Of a stretch of 64,000 nucleotides of DNA, positions 1-8,056 are shown piece by piece (position 1 is the first letter of the stretch; every line of letters starts with the position of its first letter). The DNA is from a virus. Lineage: Duplodnaviria > Caudoviricetes. Below the pieces are notes generated by a model. That model saw only the letters and a program-made list of their open reading frames with translations, searched no databases and had not been told where the DNA came from. The stretch is from positions 149,707 through 213,706 of the IMG/VR virus record IMGVR_UViG_3300043434_000734, one strand, 5' to 3'. Position numbers and translations under genes: made by a program.

Positions 1-35
1 TCAGTAGGTCCCTGGTTCGAGCCCAGGCTGGTCCA
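1..35 (+). tRNA. 3' half of a tRNA, isotype not determinable
   Basis: Variable loop AGGTC, T-arm CCTGG-TTCGAGC-CCAGG, acceptor 3' strand CTGGTCC plus A73; anticodon lies outside the window. Confidence 0.85.
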
Positions 36-96
36 CAAAGAGATTAGGATATTCCTTACCCGTCGCCTCGGGATGACATCGTCAGTCTCTTTACAT

Positions 97-171
97 AGAA
101 GATTAGTTCAGTCGGTTCAGAGCATCTGTTTTACACACAGAAAGTCGGGGGTTCGAATCCCTCATCTTCTA
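97..171 (+). tRNA. tRNA-Val(TAC)
   Basis: Acceptor AGAAGAT/ATCTTCT, anticodon arm TCTGT-TTTACAC-ACAGA, T-loop TTCGAAT. Confidence 0.95.
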
Positions 172-240
172 CAAAAAAATTGGGATTGGGTTAATACTGA
201 TATGGAGGCAATTCCTGGTATTATCGCCGCCCAATTAAAT

Positions 241-316
241 GCGAAAGTAGCTCAGTCGGTAGAGCACAACCTTGCCAAGGTTGGGGTCGCGAGTTCGAAT
301 CTCGTCTTTCGCTCCA
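241..316 (+). tRNA. tRNA-Gly(GCC)
   Basis: GCGAAAG/CTTTCGC acceptor, CAACC-TTGCCAA-GGTTG, encoded CCA. Confidence 0.97.
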
Positions 317-319
317 TAT

Positions 320-392
320 GCGAATATAGCTCAATTGGTAGAGCACTAGTTTTCCAAACTGGGGGTTGCAGGATCGTTCCCTGTTATTCGCT
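320..392 (+). tRNA. tRNA-Gly(TCC), atypical T-loop
   Basis: GCGAATA/TATTCGC acceptor, CTAGT-TTTCCAA-ACTGG; T-loop reads ATCGTTC. Confidence 0.88.
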
Positions 393-486
393 CAACTCAA
401 GTACCCATACCGCTAACGATGGGCTAAGTAAGATACAAATTCGTACCACATTATTGTGGAGGCGGGAAGTAGAATGCTTGAGACAC

Positions 487-557
487 TGTCCTTTGGTGTA
501 ACGGTAACACAATCGTTTTTGGTGCGATTATTTTAGGTTCGAATCCTAAAGGGACAA
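487..557 (+). tRNA. tRNA-Gln(TTG)
   Basis: TGTCCTT/AGGGACA acceptor, ATCGT-TTTTGGT-GCGAT, T-loop TTCGAAT. Confidence 0.93.
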
Positions 558-572
558 CTTAAATTTTTAAGT

Positions 573-803
573 ATGAGTATTTTTGCAATTTACTACGTAA
601 TATGTATTGCGTATTGTTTCTATCAATTAAATAAAAAATATAGAAACAGAGGTGTTGATTATGGAACATCACCAGAGTTAGATTCCATAATGGTTTTGGT
701 TATGGCTTGGATTTTAGTGCCAATTGATGTGTCGATAACTTGGATACGAATGGTGAAAGAAGCAGAGGAGTCTAAAAGAAGACAAGAGAAACAAGTACTT
801 TAA
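573..803 (+). CDS. small membrane protein, hypothetical
   Basis: 76-aa ORF with two hydrophobic segments inside the tRNA cluster. Confidence 0.7.
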   Translation: MSIFAIYYVICIAYCFYQLNKKYRNRGVDYGTSPELDSIMVLVMAWILVPIDVSITWIRMVKEAEESKRRQEKQVL

Positions 804-864
804 CTAGTGGGCCACGGTGGTAGGCCAAAAGAAAAATAGATGTTTTTCATCCACCAAATTTTAT

Positions 865-950
865 AGAGAGTTACCCAAGTTGGTGAAGGGGCCTGTTTGC
901 TAAACAGGTAGGATGTTAAAGTCGCAAGGGTTCGAGCCCCTTACTCTCTA
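865..950 (+). tRNA. tRNA-Ser(GCT)
   Basis: AGAGAGT/ACTCTCT acceptor, CCTGT-TTGCTAA-ACAGG, long variable arm, TTCGAGC T-loop. Confidence 0.93.
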
Positions 951-955
951 CACAT

Positions 956-1105
956 TGTAGTGTGACGAAACTTGGCAGACGTGCCCTCCTGTCTCGGGGG
1001 TGTGGAACAAGAAATAGGTTAATAATATGGGGTAGACCACCAGCCGGCCGGCGAAGTGTTATTAACTGAATCTCCATTTAAGTGGTTCGAATCCCTTCAC
1101 TACAG
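956..1105 (+). tRNA. tRNA-like RNA with GTC anticodon and 80-nt variable region
   Basis: TGTAGTG/CACTACA acceptor, class-II-like 3-bp D-stem, CCCTC-CTGTCTC-GGGGG, extra region 1001-1080, T-loop TTCGAAT, G discriminator. Confidence 0.75.
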
Positions 1106-1142
1106 CACTAATAAACCAATAATTATAATAAATGAAAAAGTA

Positions 1143-1604
1143 ATGAAAAAATTCAGAACTCTCCACGGAACCCCAATTCCAGATGTAATCAATTACATTA
1201 GAGAGTATATTTCAACAAGAGAGGATGTGGAAATTCTCATAGGATCAGATTCACAATCATATTCAAACAGGAAAACTGTTTATGGTGTTGTTATTGCCCT
1301 TTATACAAAAGGTAAGGGTGCACACGTATTATGTACACGTGAGACATTACCTATGGAATATAATGTGGCATCGAGATTACTTGGTGAAGTTTGGAAATCA
1401 ATTGAGATTGCTGAATTTTTAAAAGAGAATGGTTTACCAAAACCTACTTGGATTGATATTGACTTAAATCCCGACCCAAAATACAAATCAAATAATGTTC
1501 TTAGACAAGCAGTTGGTATGGTTGAGGGTATGGGTTATAAAGTAAGGTACAAACACGTAGGTGCGTTAATGACATATGCCGCAAATCATTTAGTTAGGTT
1601 ATAA
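1143..1604 (+). CDS. RNase H-like YkuK/DUF458-family protein
   Basis: IGSDSQ, E(VWKS) and IDID motifs; start moved to ATG 1143 because the upstream frame overlaps the tRNA-like gene. Confidence 0.8.
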   Translation: MKKFRTLHGTPIPDVINYIREYISTREDVEILIGSDSQSYSNRKTVYGVVIALYTKGKGAHVLCTRETLPMEYNVASRLLGEVWKSIEIAEFLKENGLPKPTWIDIDLNPDPKYKSNNVLRQAVGMVEGMGYKVRYKHVGALMTYAANHLVRL

Positions 1605-1641
1605 TTTTGTTTTTTAAAATAATTCAATTACTTTTTATTAT

Positions 1642-1995
1642 ATGGTAAAACAACAAATTATAAATTTAACATATTCTTTAATGTTATTTTTACTCGGTTC
1701 GATAGGACATTGGTACATTATGTATTGGCAATTTAAAATGCCGAATTGGGTTAAGACCCCGTGGCCGTATTTGATATCAGTGGGTTGTACTTTTTTATGG
1801 ATTACAGCATCCCATTATGGTGTTAAAGCATTCAACGGTGAAATGTGGAGTAATAGGTTTTTGTTCTTTGTAACAGGTATCATTATTGCGGCAATGTTAT
1901 ATCCGTACCATTTCGGTCAACCATTTACAGTTAAAACGATGGTACAATTAATATTGGCATTTACCATAATATTAATTTCACTTTTTTGGAAATAG
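1642..1995 (+). CDS. 4-TM small membrane protein (SMR/DMT-like), paralog of 41275-41613
   Basis: Four hydrophobic helices; VKAFNGEMWSNR vs VKSFNGEIWPSR. Confidence 0.6.
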   Translation: MVKQQIINLTYSLMLFLLGSIGHWYIMYWQFKMPNWVKTPWPYLISVGCTFLWITASHYGVKAFNGEMWSNRFLFFVTGIIIAAMLYPYHFGQPFTVKTMVQLILAFTIILISLFWK

Positions 1996-2046
1996 ATTTT
2001 TTTATTTGATTTTTATTTCTTATATTTTAATTATAAAGACAACAAT

Positions 2047-2274
2047 ATGAAATGTATTAAGGCAATTAAAGAAACTAAATCCTATTCATTAGGTGAAATT
2101 CGTAGAACTGATGACGTTGATGCTGACCAAAAAGTGGCTAGTGGTGTATGGACGTTTATTCCTAAATCAGAATGGAAAGTAAGTAAGAAAGGTAAAAAAG
2201 AAGAAGTGGAAATTACTCACGATATGGGTGGTTCTATTGAAGTAAAAAAAGAAAAGAAAAAAAATAAAAAATAA
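2047..2274 (+). CDS. small basic hypothetical protein
   Basis: 75-aa Lys-rich ORF. Confidence 0.7.
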   Translation: MKCIKAIKETKSYSLGEIRRTDDVDADQKVASGVWTFIPKSEWKVSKKGKKEEVEITHDMGGSIEVKKEKKKNKK

Positions 2275-2286
2275 TTTAATTAATAT

Positions 2287-2345
2287 TTTGTTTTTATAAA
2301 AAGTATTCGTACATTTGTAAAACAATAAGAGAAAAAGTTCTTTGA
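2287..2345 (+). promoter_or_regulatory. Bacteroidota-type promoter plus boxA-like element
   Basis: TTTG 2287-2290, 19-nt spacer, TACATTTG 2310-2317, AGTTCTTTGA 2336-2345. Confidence 0.7.
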
Positions 2346-3160
2346 TTTAAAAATATTGGCCGCCTATGGTCGATTAAAATAAACCACGAAAGTGGGATAA
2401 AGTGACGAGTCCTTGGTTGGGACAAGTTGCGGTTTCAGTAATGGAACTTGAGTAGGCAAGTGGAGTATCGTTGAACCTTAAGTACTGAGGGTAACACTTT
2501 AGGGAAAGTGGTTTGATGACTGAGCAATCCGAGTTGTTTGGTTGAGGTGGGAACACCAATAAGAATAATCCATAGAGTTATTGTGAGAAATATGGTTATC
2601 CGACTATATGATTACGTGATTCAATATGATGGGAATCTTAAAACCGAAAGGTATGGTGAAGTACGAGTGGTGTCGTTATCATCCTTTATTAAACTCTACC
2701 AAGGGTTTAGTTTTGAAGGGGTCCAAAAATATGGTAGCAGGGATGTTACAGAGAGTAGTTTAGTATCGAGTCGCTCAAAAGGTGGCTTGGCTAGGTGACG
2801 AACCACTACTTTCCAAATTCGGATAACTAAATTTTGTTAATTTTGGTTTAACAACTTAAAATCATACAAGAAAAAGTGTTCGTCAGTCGTTGTAGACAGG
2901 TGGCTACATAGTCGTGAGGGGTTCACGGCCACAAAGGGTCTCAAGCCCAATGTGATTTTTAAAAAAGTTCTCTAAACCCGCAAGGTTGAATCAGGGAGGC
3001 ATCTTTGATGAGTAATGAGTATTAAAAGAGTATATAACGACTCAAGGATTGGTTAATCTAATTGACCGCCGCTGATTGGTACTACTCAAAAGGTAGTGGA
3101 TATGGGAAGAATCAAATAATGTCCCTAAGTCAATCAAAAAATGGTGTAATCTCAGCCCTT
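2346..3160 (+). ncRNA. large structured ncRNA, GOLLD-like (ends approximate)
   Basis: ~800 nt without a credible ORF, G-richer than the flanks, many hairpins (ACCAC-GAAA-GTGG, ACC-GAAA-GGT, two CTCAAAAG-loop hairpins), own promoter, near tRNAs; size and context fit GOLLD, family not verified. Confidence 0.65.
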
Positions 3161-3238
3161 TCTTTTTTCAATTTTGTGTAAAATTGAATGGTGGAATTAA
3201 GTACGATATTAAAAAACCGTGCGGCCCTCAACAAAATT

Positions 3239-3264
3239 AGTCAGGAGAAATTCTGACTTTTTTT
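3239..3264 (+). terminator. intrinsic terminator
   Basis: AGTCAG-GAGAAATT-CTGACT followed by a T-run. Confidence 0.75.
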
Positions 3265-3282
3265 ATGCTCTATTTATTATAT

Positions 3283-3918
3283 ATGTTTGAAGTTAAAAAA
3301 GTAAAATCCTTAGACAATCAGTGTGTTAGTAACATAACAAATTTTTTAGATTCTTATGAATGGGATTCTAATGTTTTTAGTGTTGCAAACAACGATACTG
3401 TTTATGTGAACAATAACAGAAAATCAGATGGTATAAACACCTTACGTGATTTATCAGAAACTGAAATAAATAAATTCGGTAATTCCGAATTATTAAACTG
3501 TTTAAGTGAAACGATTGAAATCATAAAAAATAATTTTAATCCTTCAATTATATGGTTAATGACATACCCACCTCACACTCGATTAAATTTTCACGTAGAT
3601 GATTCAAAAGAAAGACATATATTAACATTTAACGAAAATAATCGTTTTTTTAATTATGAATATGTACGTAAAATAATTAAAATAAATTCTTTAATTTATG
3701 TAAATGAAAGCTATCACGATAAAGAACAAGAATTTAATGATTTATTAAAAACTGAGAATTTAAATCTTGATTCTTTTAATGATTACTTTTCCAAATTGGA
3801 TAATACCCAAATAATCAATTTAGAAAAAAATTCAGTCTATTCGTTTGGTGATTCTTTACATAATTTCATAAATGGATCTAACAAATTAAGGATGATTTTA
3901 GTTTTTGAAAATCTATAG
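3283..3918 (+). CDS. 2OG-Fe(II) oxygenase-like protein (Asp/Asn beta-hydroxylase-like)
   Basis: LNFHVD (HxD) and distal LHNFINGSNKLRMILVF (H...R). Confidence 0.55.
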   Translation: MFEVKKVKSLDNQCVSNITNFLDSYEWDSNVFSVANNDTVYVNNNRKSDGINTLRDLSETEINKFGNSELLNCLSETIEIIKNNFNPSIIWLMTYPPHTRLNFHVDDSKERHILTFNENNRFFNYEYVRKIIKINSLIYVNESYHDKEQEFNDLLKTENLNLDSFNDYFSKLDNTQIINLEKNSVYSFGDSLHNFINGSNKLRMILVFENL

Positions 3919-3959
3919 TTTTATTTTGAATATTAAATTATAATTCGTATATTAGGGGT

Positions 3960-4712
3960 ATGAGAATAATTTGCATTTCCGACACACACAGTCTTCAAGA
4001 TTTAATGACTCACCCGATACCCAAAGGTGATGTGTTAATCCATTCTGGTGACATTTCAAATAAAGGTGGTGAAAAAGATGTTACCAATTTTGTACATTGG
4101 TTTCAAAATATTGAGGGTTTTAACTCTAAGATATTCATCGCTGGTAATCACGATTTTTGTTTTGAGAGAATTAATCAACCTTACCATAAAGGTGATTACG
4201 ATTGGTTAAATAATTTAATGTCACCAGAAAATTTATCACAATCAAACGTAACGTATTTGGAGGATAATGAATTAGTTATTGAATCACCCGAGTTTTCTAA
4301 ACCAATCAAGTTTTATGGTAGTCCTTGGCAACCTAATTTCTGGGATTGGGCGTTTAACTTACCAAGAATGGGTGATGAAATAAAAAGTAAATGGGATATG
4401 ATTCCTGACGATACTGACGTATTGATCACACACGGACCACCAAACGAAATTAGAGATTTTGTAAGTAATTGGAGACAAGGTGATACGAACGTTGGTTGTG
4501 AATTATTAAGACACCAATTAGAGAATAGACTAAAACCATCTTTACACGTATTTGGACATATTCACGGAGCGTATGGTGCCGCGTTAATTAAAGATACACT
4601 TTATGTTAATGCATCAATTTGTACTGAAAGATATGAACCATCAAATAAACCAATCATTGTTGACTTAGAAGAAGTCGAAGGTAAAATAATTGCAAGTTAT
4701 GTCGAAGAATAA
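3960..4712 (+). CDS. calcineurin-like metallophosphoesterase
   Basis: ISDTH, HSGDI, AGNHD, THGPP and FGHIH motifs. Confidence 0.9.
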   Translation: MRIICISDTHSLQDLMTHPIPKGDVLIHSGDISNKGGEKDVTNFVHWFQNIEGFNSKIFIAGNHDFCFERINQPYHKGDYDWLNNLMSPENLSQSNVTYLEDNELVIESPEFSKPIKFYGSPWQPNFWDWAFNLPRMGDEIKSKWDMIPDDTDVLITHGPPNEIRDFVSNWRQGDTNVGCELLRHQLENRLKPSLHVFGHIHGAYGAALIKDTLYVNASICTERYEPSNKPIIVDLEEVEGKIIASYVEE

Positions 4713-5379
4713 TGAAGTGGTTAGTGTTGTAATATCAACACGTAAAATAGACGAGACTTATGTTAGTCACGTTAAAAAAATGTTTTCACACCCAAAGACC
4801 CAAATTCTCATTTATGAGAACGACGGAGAGAAATCATTAACCCAAATGTATAATATTGGATTAAAAGAATCGGTAAATAATATTGTGGTGTTTATGCACG
4901 ATGATCTTATTTTGGAAACGACCAATATAACTCCAAAGATTACTAAGATGTTCGAAAAACATCCCGAATATGGTATTATCGGTATTGCTGGCACCGATAA
5001 ATTAACCAGCGGGATGTGGTGGCAAAATAGGGATAATATGTTTGGTGTTGTTGGTCATCTACATCAAGGTAAACGTCACATTAATCGGTATTCTAAGGGG
5101 GTTTTTAACGACGTTCTTAAAGATGTGGTAGTTGTGGACGGTTTATTCTTTATTGTTCATAAGAATCGAATTAAGAAGGAATTTAACGAAGAGTTTGAAG
5201 GATTTCATTTCTATGATATCTCATTCTGTGTTGAAAACCATTTAGAAGGGGTTAAAGTGGGTTTAACCACTAAATTTGAAGTAACTCACAAGTCAATTGG
5301 AGAAATCAATAAGAAGTGGGAAAAGAATAAATTATTCTTTGAGGCATTATATAGTAAATCCTTACCGTTAACCACTTGA
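4699..5379 (+). CDS. GT-A glycosyltransferase-like (StrF / Glyco_tranf_2_5-like)
   Basis: FMHDDL, VVDGLF and FHFYDISFC motifs. Confidence 0.75.
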   Translation: MSKNNEVVSVVISTRKIDETYVSHVKKMFSHPKTQILIYENDGEKSLTQMYNIGLKESVNNIVVFMHDDLILETTNITPKITKMFEKHPEYGIIGIAGTDKLTSGMWWQNRDNMFGVVGHLHQGKRHINRYSKGVFNDVLKDVVVVDGLFFIVHKNRIKKEFNEEFEGFHFYDISFCVENHLEGVKVGLTTKFEVTHKSIGEINKKWEKNKLFFEALYSKSLPLTT

Positions 5380-5428
5380 TAATTTACCAAATTTTGTATA
5401 TATTTATATTATATAAAAAAACTAATTT

Positions 5429-5641
5429 ATGAAAAAAATTATCGAACTTATTAAGAAACTTTTGGGTAAAGGTACTATGGCGGAAAAGTCAGTAGTATTG
5501 AATGAACTTCAGGTTGAGGTAAAACAAGACATTGAATTGATTCAAGAAGTTGTTAAGGAAGTTAAAGCTAAAAAGGCTAAAGCACCGAAAACATCGGCAG
5601 AACCAAAAGCACCAAAAGCTAAGAAAACAGTTAAGAAATAA
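5429..5641 (+). CDS. small protein with Lys/Ala/Pro-rich tail
   Basis: C-terminus KAKKAKAPKTSAEPKAPKAKKTVKK; TATTTATA at 5401. Confidence 0.7.
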   Translation: MKKIIELIKKLLGKGTMAEKSVVLNELQVEVKQDIELIQEVVKEVKAKKAKAPKTSAEPKAPKAKKTVKK

Positions 5642-5700
5642 TTTTTTTCTTTTGGTAACATAATTGAGGGTTAAAATTAGTTTTTTAACCCTTTTTTGTT

Positions 5701-5726
5701 TACCTTTGTTTTATAGTTCTTTAACA
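5701..5726 (+). promoter_or_regulatory. -7 element plus boxA before tmRNA
   Basis: TACCTTTG 5701-5708; AGTTCTTTAACA 5715-5726. Confidence 0.7.
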
Positions 5727-5729
5727 TAT

Positions 5730-6130
5730 GGGGATGTCTGGTATTGATTTCAGGTATCAGGGATAAATGGCACGTAGTCAGAATTCATCTATGACTTAAA
5801 TCCACGGTGAAACATTTTAGACGGCAACGTTTACAACAATATGGAAATTGCAGGTTTACTTGCAACTTCTAAAGTAGCGGCCTAACCAAGTTAGCACTAC
5901 ACTCGGGTCGATGTACATATAACCTAGGAACAGAAGTACTTAAGGTGTGATACCACCTAAGAGTGTCAAAGGTCTCGTTCAGAGGGCTACCTTAAAGTGA
6001 ACTCGACACAGTTATAGGGAACGATGTTAAAATAGGAACCTTTTATTTGTCTGTTGTGAACTAACAGAATAAACGTGTAGTCATTTATTGTTGAACAGGA
6101 AAGACACGGGTTCGACTCCCGTCATCTCCA
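5730..6130 (+). ncRNA. ssrA: tmRNA
   Basis: 5' GGGGATG pairs with 3' CATCTCC-A with a G3.U pair, T-arm ACGGG-TTCGACT-CCCGT, tag ORF 5823-5885 GNVYNNMEIAGLLATSKVAA*. Confidence 0.93.
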
Positions 6131-6133
6131 CAT

Positions 6134-6166
6134 AAAAAAACCCACCTAAATGGTGGGTTTTTTATT
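6134..6166. terminator. bidirectional terminator
   Basis: AAAAAAACCCACC-TAAAT-GGTGGGTTTTTT. Confidence 0.85.
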
Positions 6167-7897
6167 TTCTATTAAACTCATTAGGTGTTCGGCTAATTCC
6201 ATATGTCCCACTCTTCCAGTGTGACCGTCCATAACTCCACCATTGGTTTCATCTTTAATTAAACTATATTTCTTATAAGGTATCATATTGTCAAAACATT
6301 TCTTCTTGTGATTGACGGAACCAAAATGTTTAATATTAAATTCGTTGTGTGCGAACCTTTGTCTCTCAGGTGTTCCGTATTCAATGTTGACAATTGCAAT
6401 TTTTTTACCATTATCCGCCAATTTTTTCATCTCAACTAAATCAACGTCGGTTTTTAAATCAACAACATAATCACAATTATTGTTAATCACTTCTTTTAAT
6501 TTATCATCGGTATCTCTCCAATTTGGTACCATTAAAGAATGTTTTAAATCAATACTTTCTTGTGACCATATGTTATTTGATACCACAATTTCAGGATCAA
6601 CCCAAGTCCAATGGTATATTTTATTTTTGGGTAATAAATTTTTAATCACATCCATAAATTGACTTATTTCTGTCCACCAAATTGAATGAGTGTCTCTATT
6701 AATCGACAATTGTTGGGTACTCGATAAATCTACATCGTCGTTTTGTTTTGGATGTGGTGTGTTTGGTAAGATATCAACAAAGGAATTTACATTATTCGCT
6801 AATTTAAATCTATTGATTGCTGTCCAACCAAATACCAAAATATCATTTGGTTTTATGGATTTGTAATTGTCCATAAATTTATCAAATATAGTGTAGTTAG
6901 AACATCCACCTATACCGTAGTTATGTAATTCAATGTCATATTTTTTAGAAATTATTTCACTGTAAGTTTCAGGTATGTCACCTAAAAAATCAAAATAGTT
7001 TTTTGCCCAAACCGTACCAGCATCAAAGTGCGATTTAAATGTTTTTGTATGTGAATCACCAAACGCAAATAATCTCGGTTTTAATCTATCCTCAATCATT
7101 TTAATTATTTTTTCACCATACATCTTATTACCAAAATAACCGGGATGTTTATCATCGGTAATACCGGGTACCTCATCTTTAATTGTTTGACCGTTGAATG
7201 TGCAGAACTGATTAACACAATTATATTCACCAAATTTTAAATTTTTTTTTGGGTCCAACAAAGAATAAAACTCATCGTATGGATTTTTCATACTCTCATC
7301 GTCAAACCAATAAAAGAATTCAATATTATTTTTTTCTAAAAAACTAAACAACCCAACAAGTTCACCTCTGTATCTATCAACATAGGCAACCGGATTGTGA
7401 TATTTTGATAAATATTCTTTAGTTTCGTCGGTAATTCTACCCTCAAAAAATTCACGTGAATACTTTATTTTATCTTTAGTGATAACTTCTTGTATCTGTA
7501 TTCCTGATAAATTACCAATATTTCTGTCATCGTCATATCTCACATTTGTAATTGCATAATCACCAATTTCATTATAATATTGGTCGACCCTATGTACTGG
7601 ACTTGTAATCTCCAATAAGAATAAAGTTTTTCTTGCTTTCTCAATACCAATCTCTTCAATATGTTCATACGTTCTTCTAACTAGTCTTGGTGCTCCCGAA
7701 CCCGAAAAAGCATCGTGTATTAATGAAACACCAAAATGGTTGGCGATGTATTTTGGATATGTGACATCTTTTTCATTATCCCATTCTATATTATATAATC
7801 TCTTATACTCATTTTTAATCATCCCTTGGTCTAAACCACCACCCGCAGTTAGTGAAGAACCATTAACATATATTCTTGTAAAGTTGTAATATTTCAT
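6146..7897 (-). CDS. tandem SGNH/GDSL-like domain protein
   Basis: VNGSSLT...KHPGYFGN and AFGDSHT...DGHTGRVGH; paralog of 30711-32204. Confidence 0.6.
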   Translation of the reverse strand: MKYYNFTRIYVNGSSLTAGGGLDQGMIKNEYKRLYNIEWDNEKDVTYPKYIANHFGVSLIHDAFSGSGAPRLVRRTYEHIEEIGIEKARKTLFLLEITSPVHRVDQYYNEIGDYAITNVRYDDDRNIGNLSGIQIQEVITKDKIKYSREFFEGRITDETKEYLSKYHNPVAYVDRYRGELVGLFSFLEKNNIEFFYWFDDESMKNPYDEFYSLLDPKKNLKFGEYNCVNQFCTFNGQTIKDEVPGITDDKHPGYFGNKMYGEKIIKMIEDRLKPRLFAFGDSHTKTFKSHFDAGTVWAKNYFDFLGDIPETYSEIISKKYDIELHNYGIGGCSNYTIFDKFMDNYKSIKPNDILVFGWTAINRFKLANNVNSFVDILPNTPHPKQNDDVDLSSTQQLSINRDTHSIWWTEISQFMDVIKNLLPKNKIYHWTWVDPEIVVSNNIWSQESIDLKHSLMVPNWRDTDDKLKEVINNNCDYVVDLKTDVDLVEMKKLADNGKKIAIVNIEYGTPERQRFAHNEFNIKHFGSVNHKKKCFDNMIPYKKYSLIKDETNGGVMDGHTGRVGHMELAEHLMSLIENKKPTI

Positions 7898-7941
7898 AAT
7901 AGAAATATAAATAAATAAAATTAAAAAGGGAATGTATTTAA

Positions 7942-8044
7942 ACGAACAAAGAGGTCTTTAGGACCCCCTTGTCGAGATTAAGAACACCTCCTTTTCGTTT
8001 ATATAAGTTATCGTTTAATGGCGACCAAACCAATTAAACTCTCT
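7942..8044 (-). ncRNA. candidate small RNA or 3' UTR element carrying an extended SD sequence
   Basis: TATTTATA motif upstream, 5' hairpin, AAAAGGAGGTGTTC with no start codon after it, terminator hairpin GGGGTC-CTAAA-GACCTC-TTTG. Confidence 0.55.
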
Positions 8045-8056
8045 TATAAATATCGT

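Noticed and set aside
73-501. 142-aa ORF in the track
   Set aside because: Runs through four tRNA genes; chance open frame
1056-1142. Extended N-terminus of the YkuK-like ORF
   Set aside because: Overlaps the T-arm and acceptor of the tRNA-like gene; ATG 1143 fits better
2374-2798. ORFs 2374-2559 (-) and 2538-2798 (+)
   Set aside because: Inside the structured giant RNA; no recognisable protein features
7982-7995. 16S rRNA fragment
   Set aside because: Match limited to 13 nt; flanks do not resemble helix 45
7953-8034. TTG-started ~31-codon frame through the anti-SD-complementary element
   Set aside because: Weak start, and the SD lies in mid-frame rather than before it; not excluded without Ribo-seq
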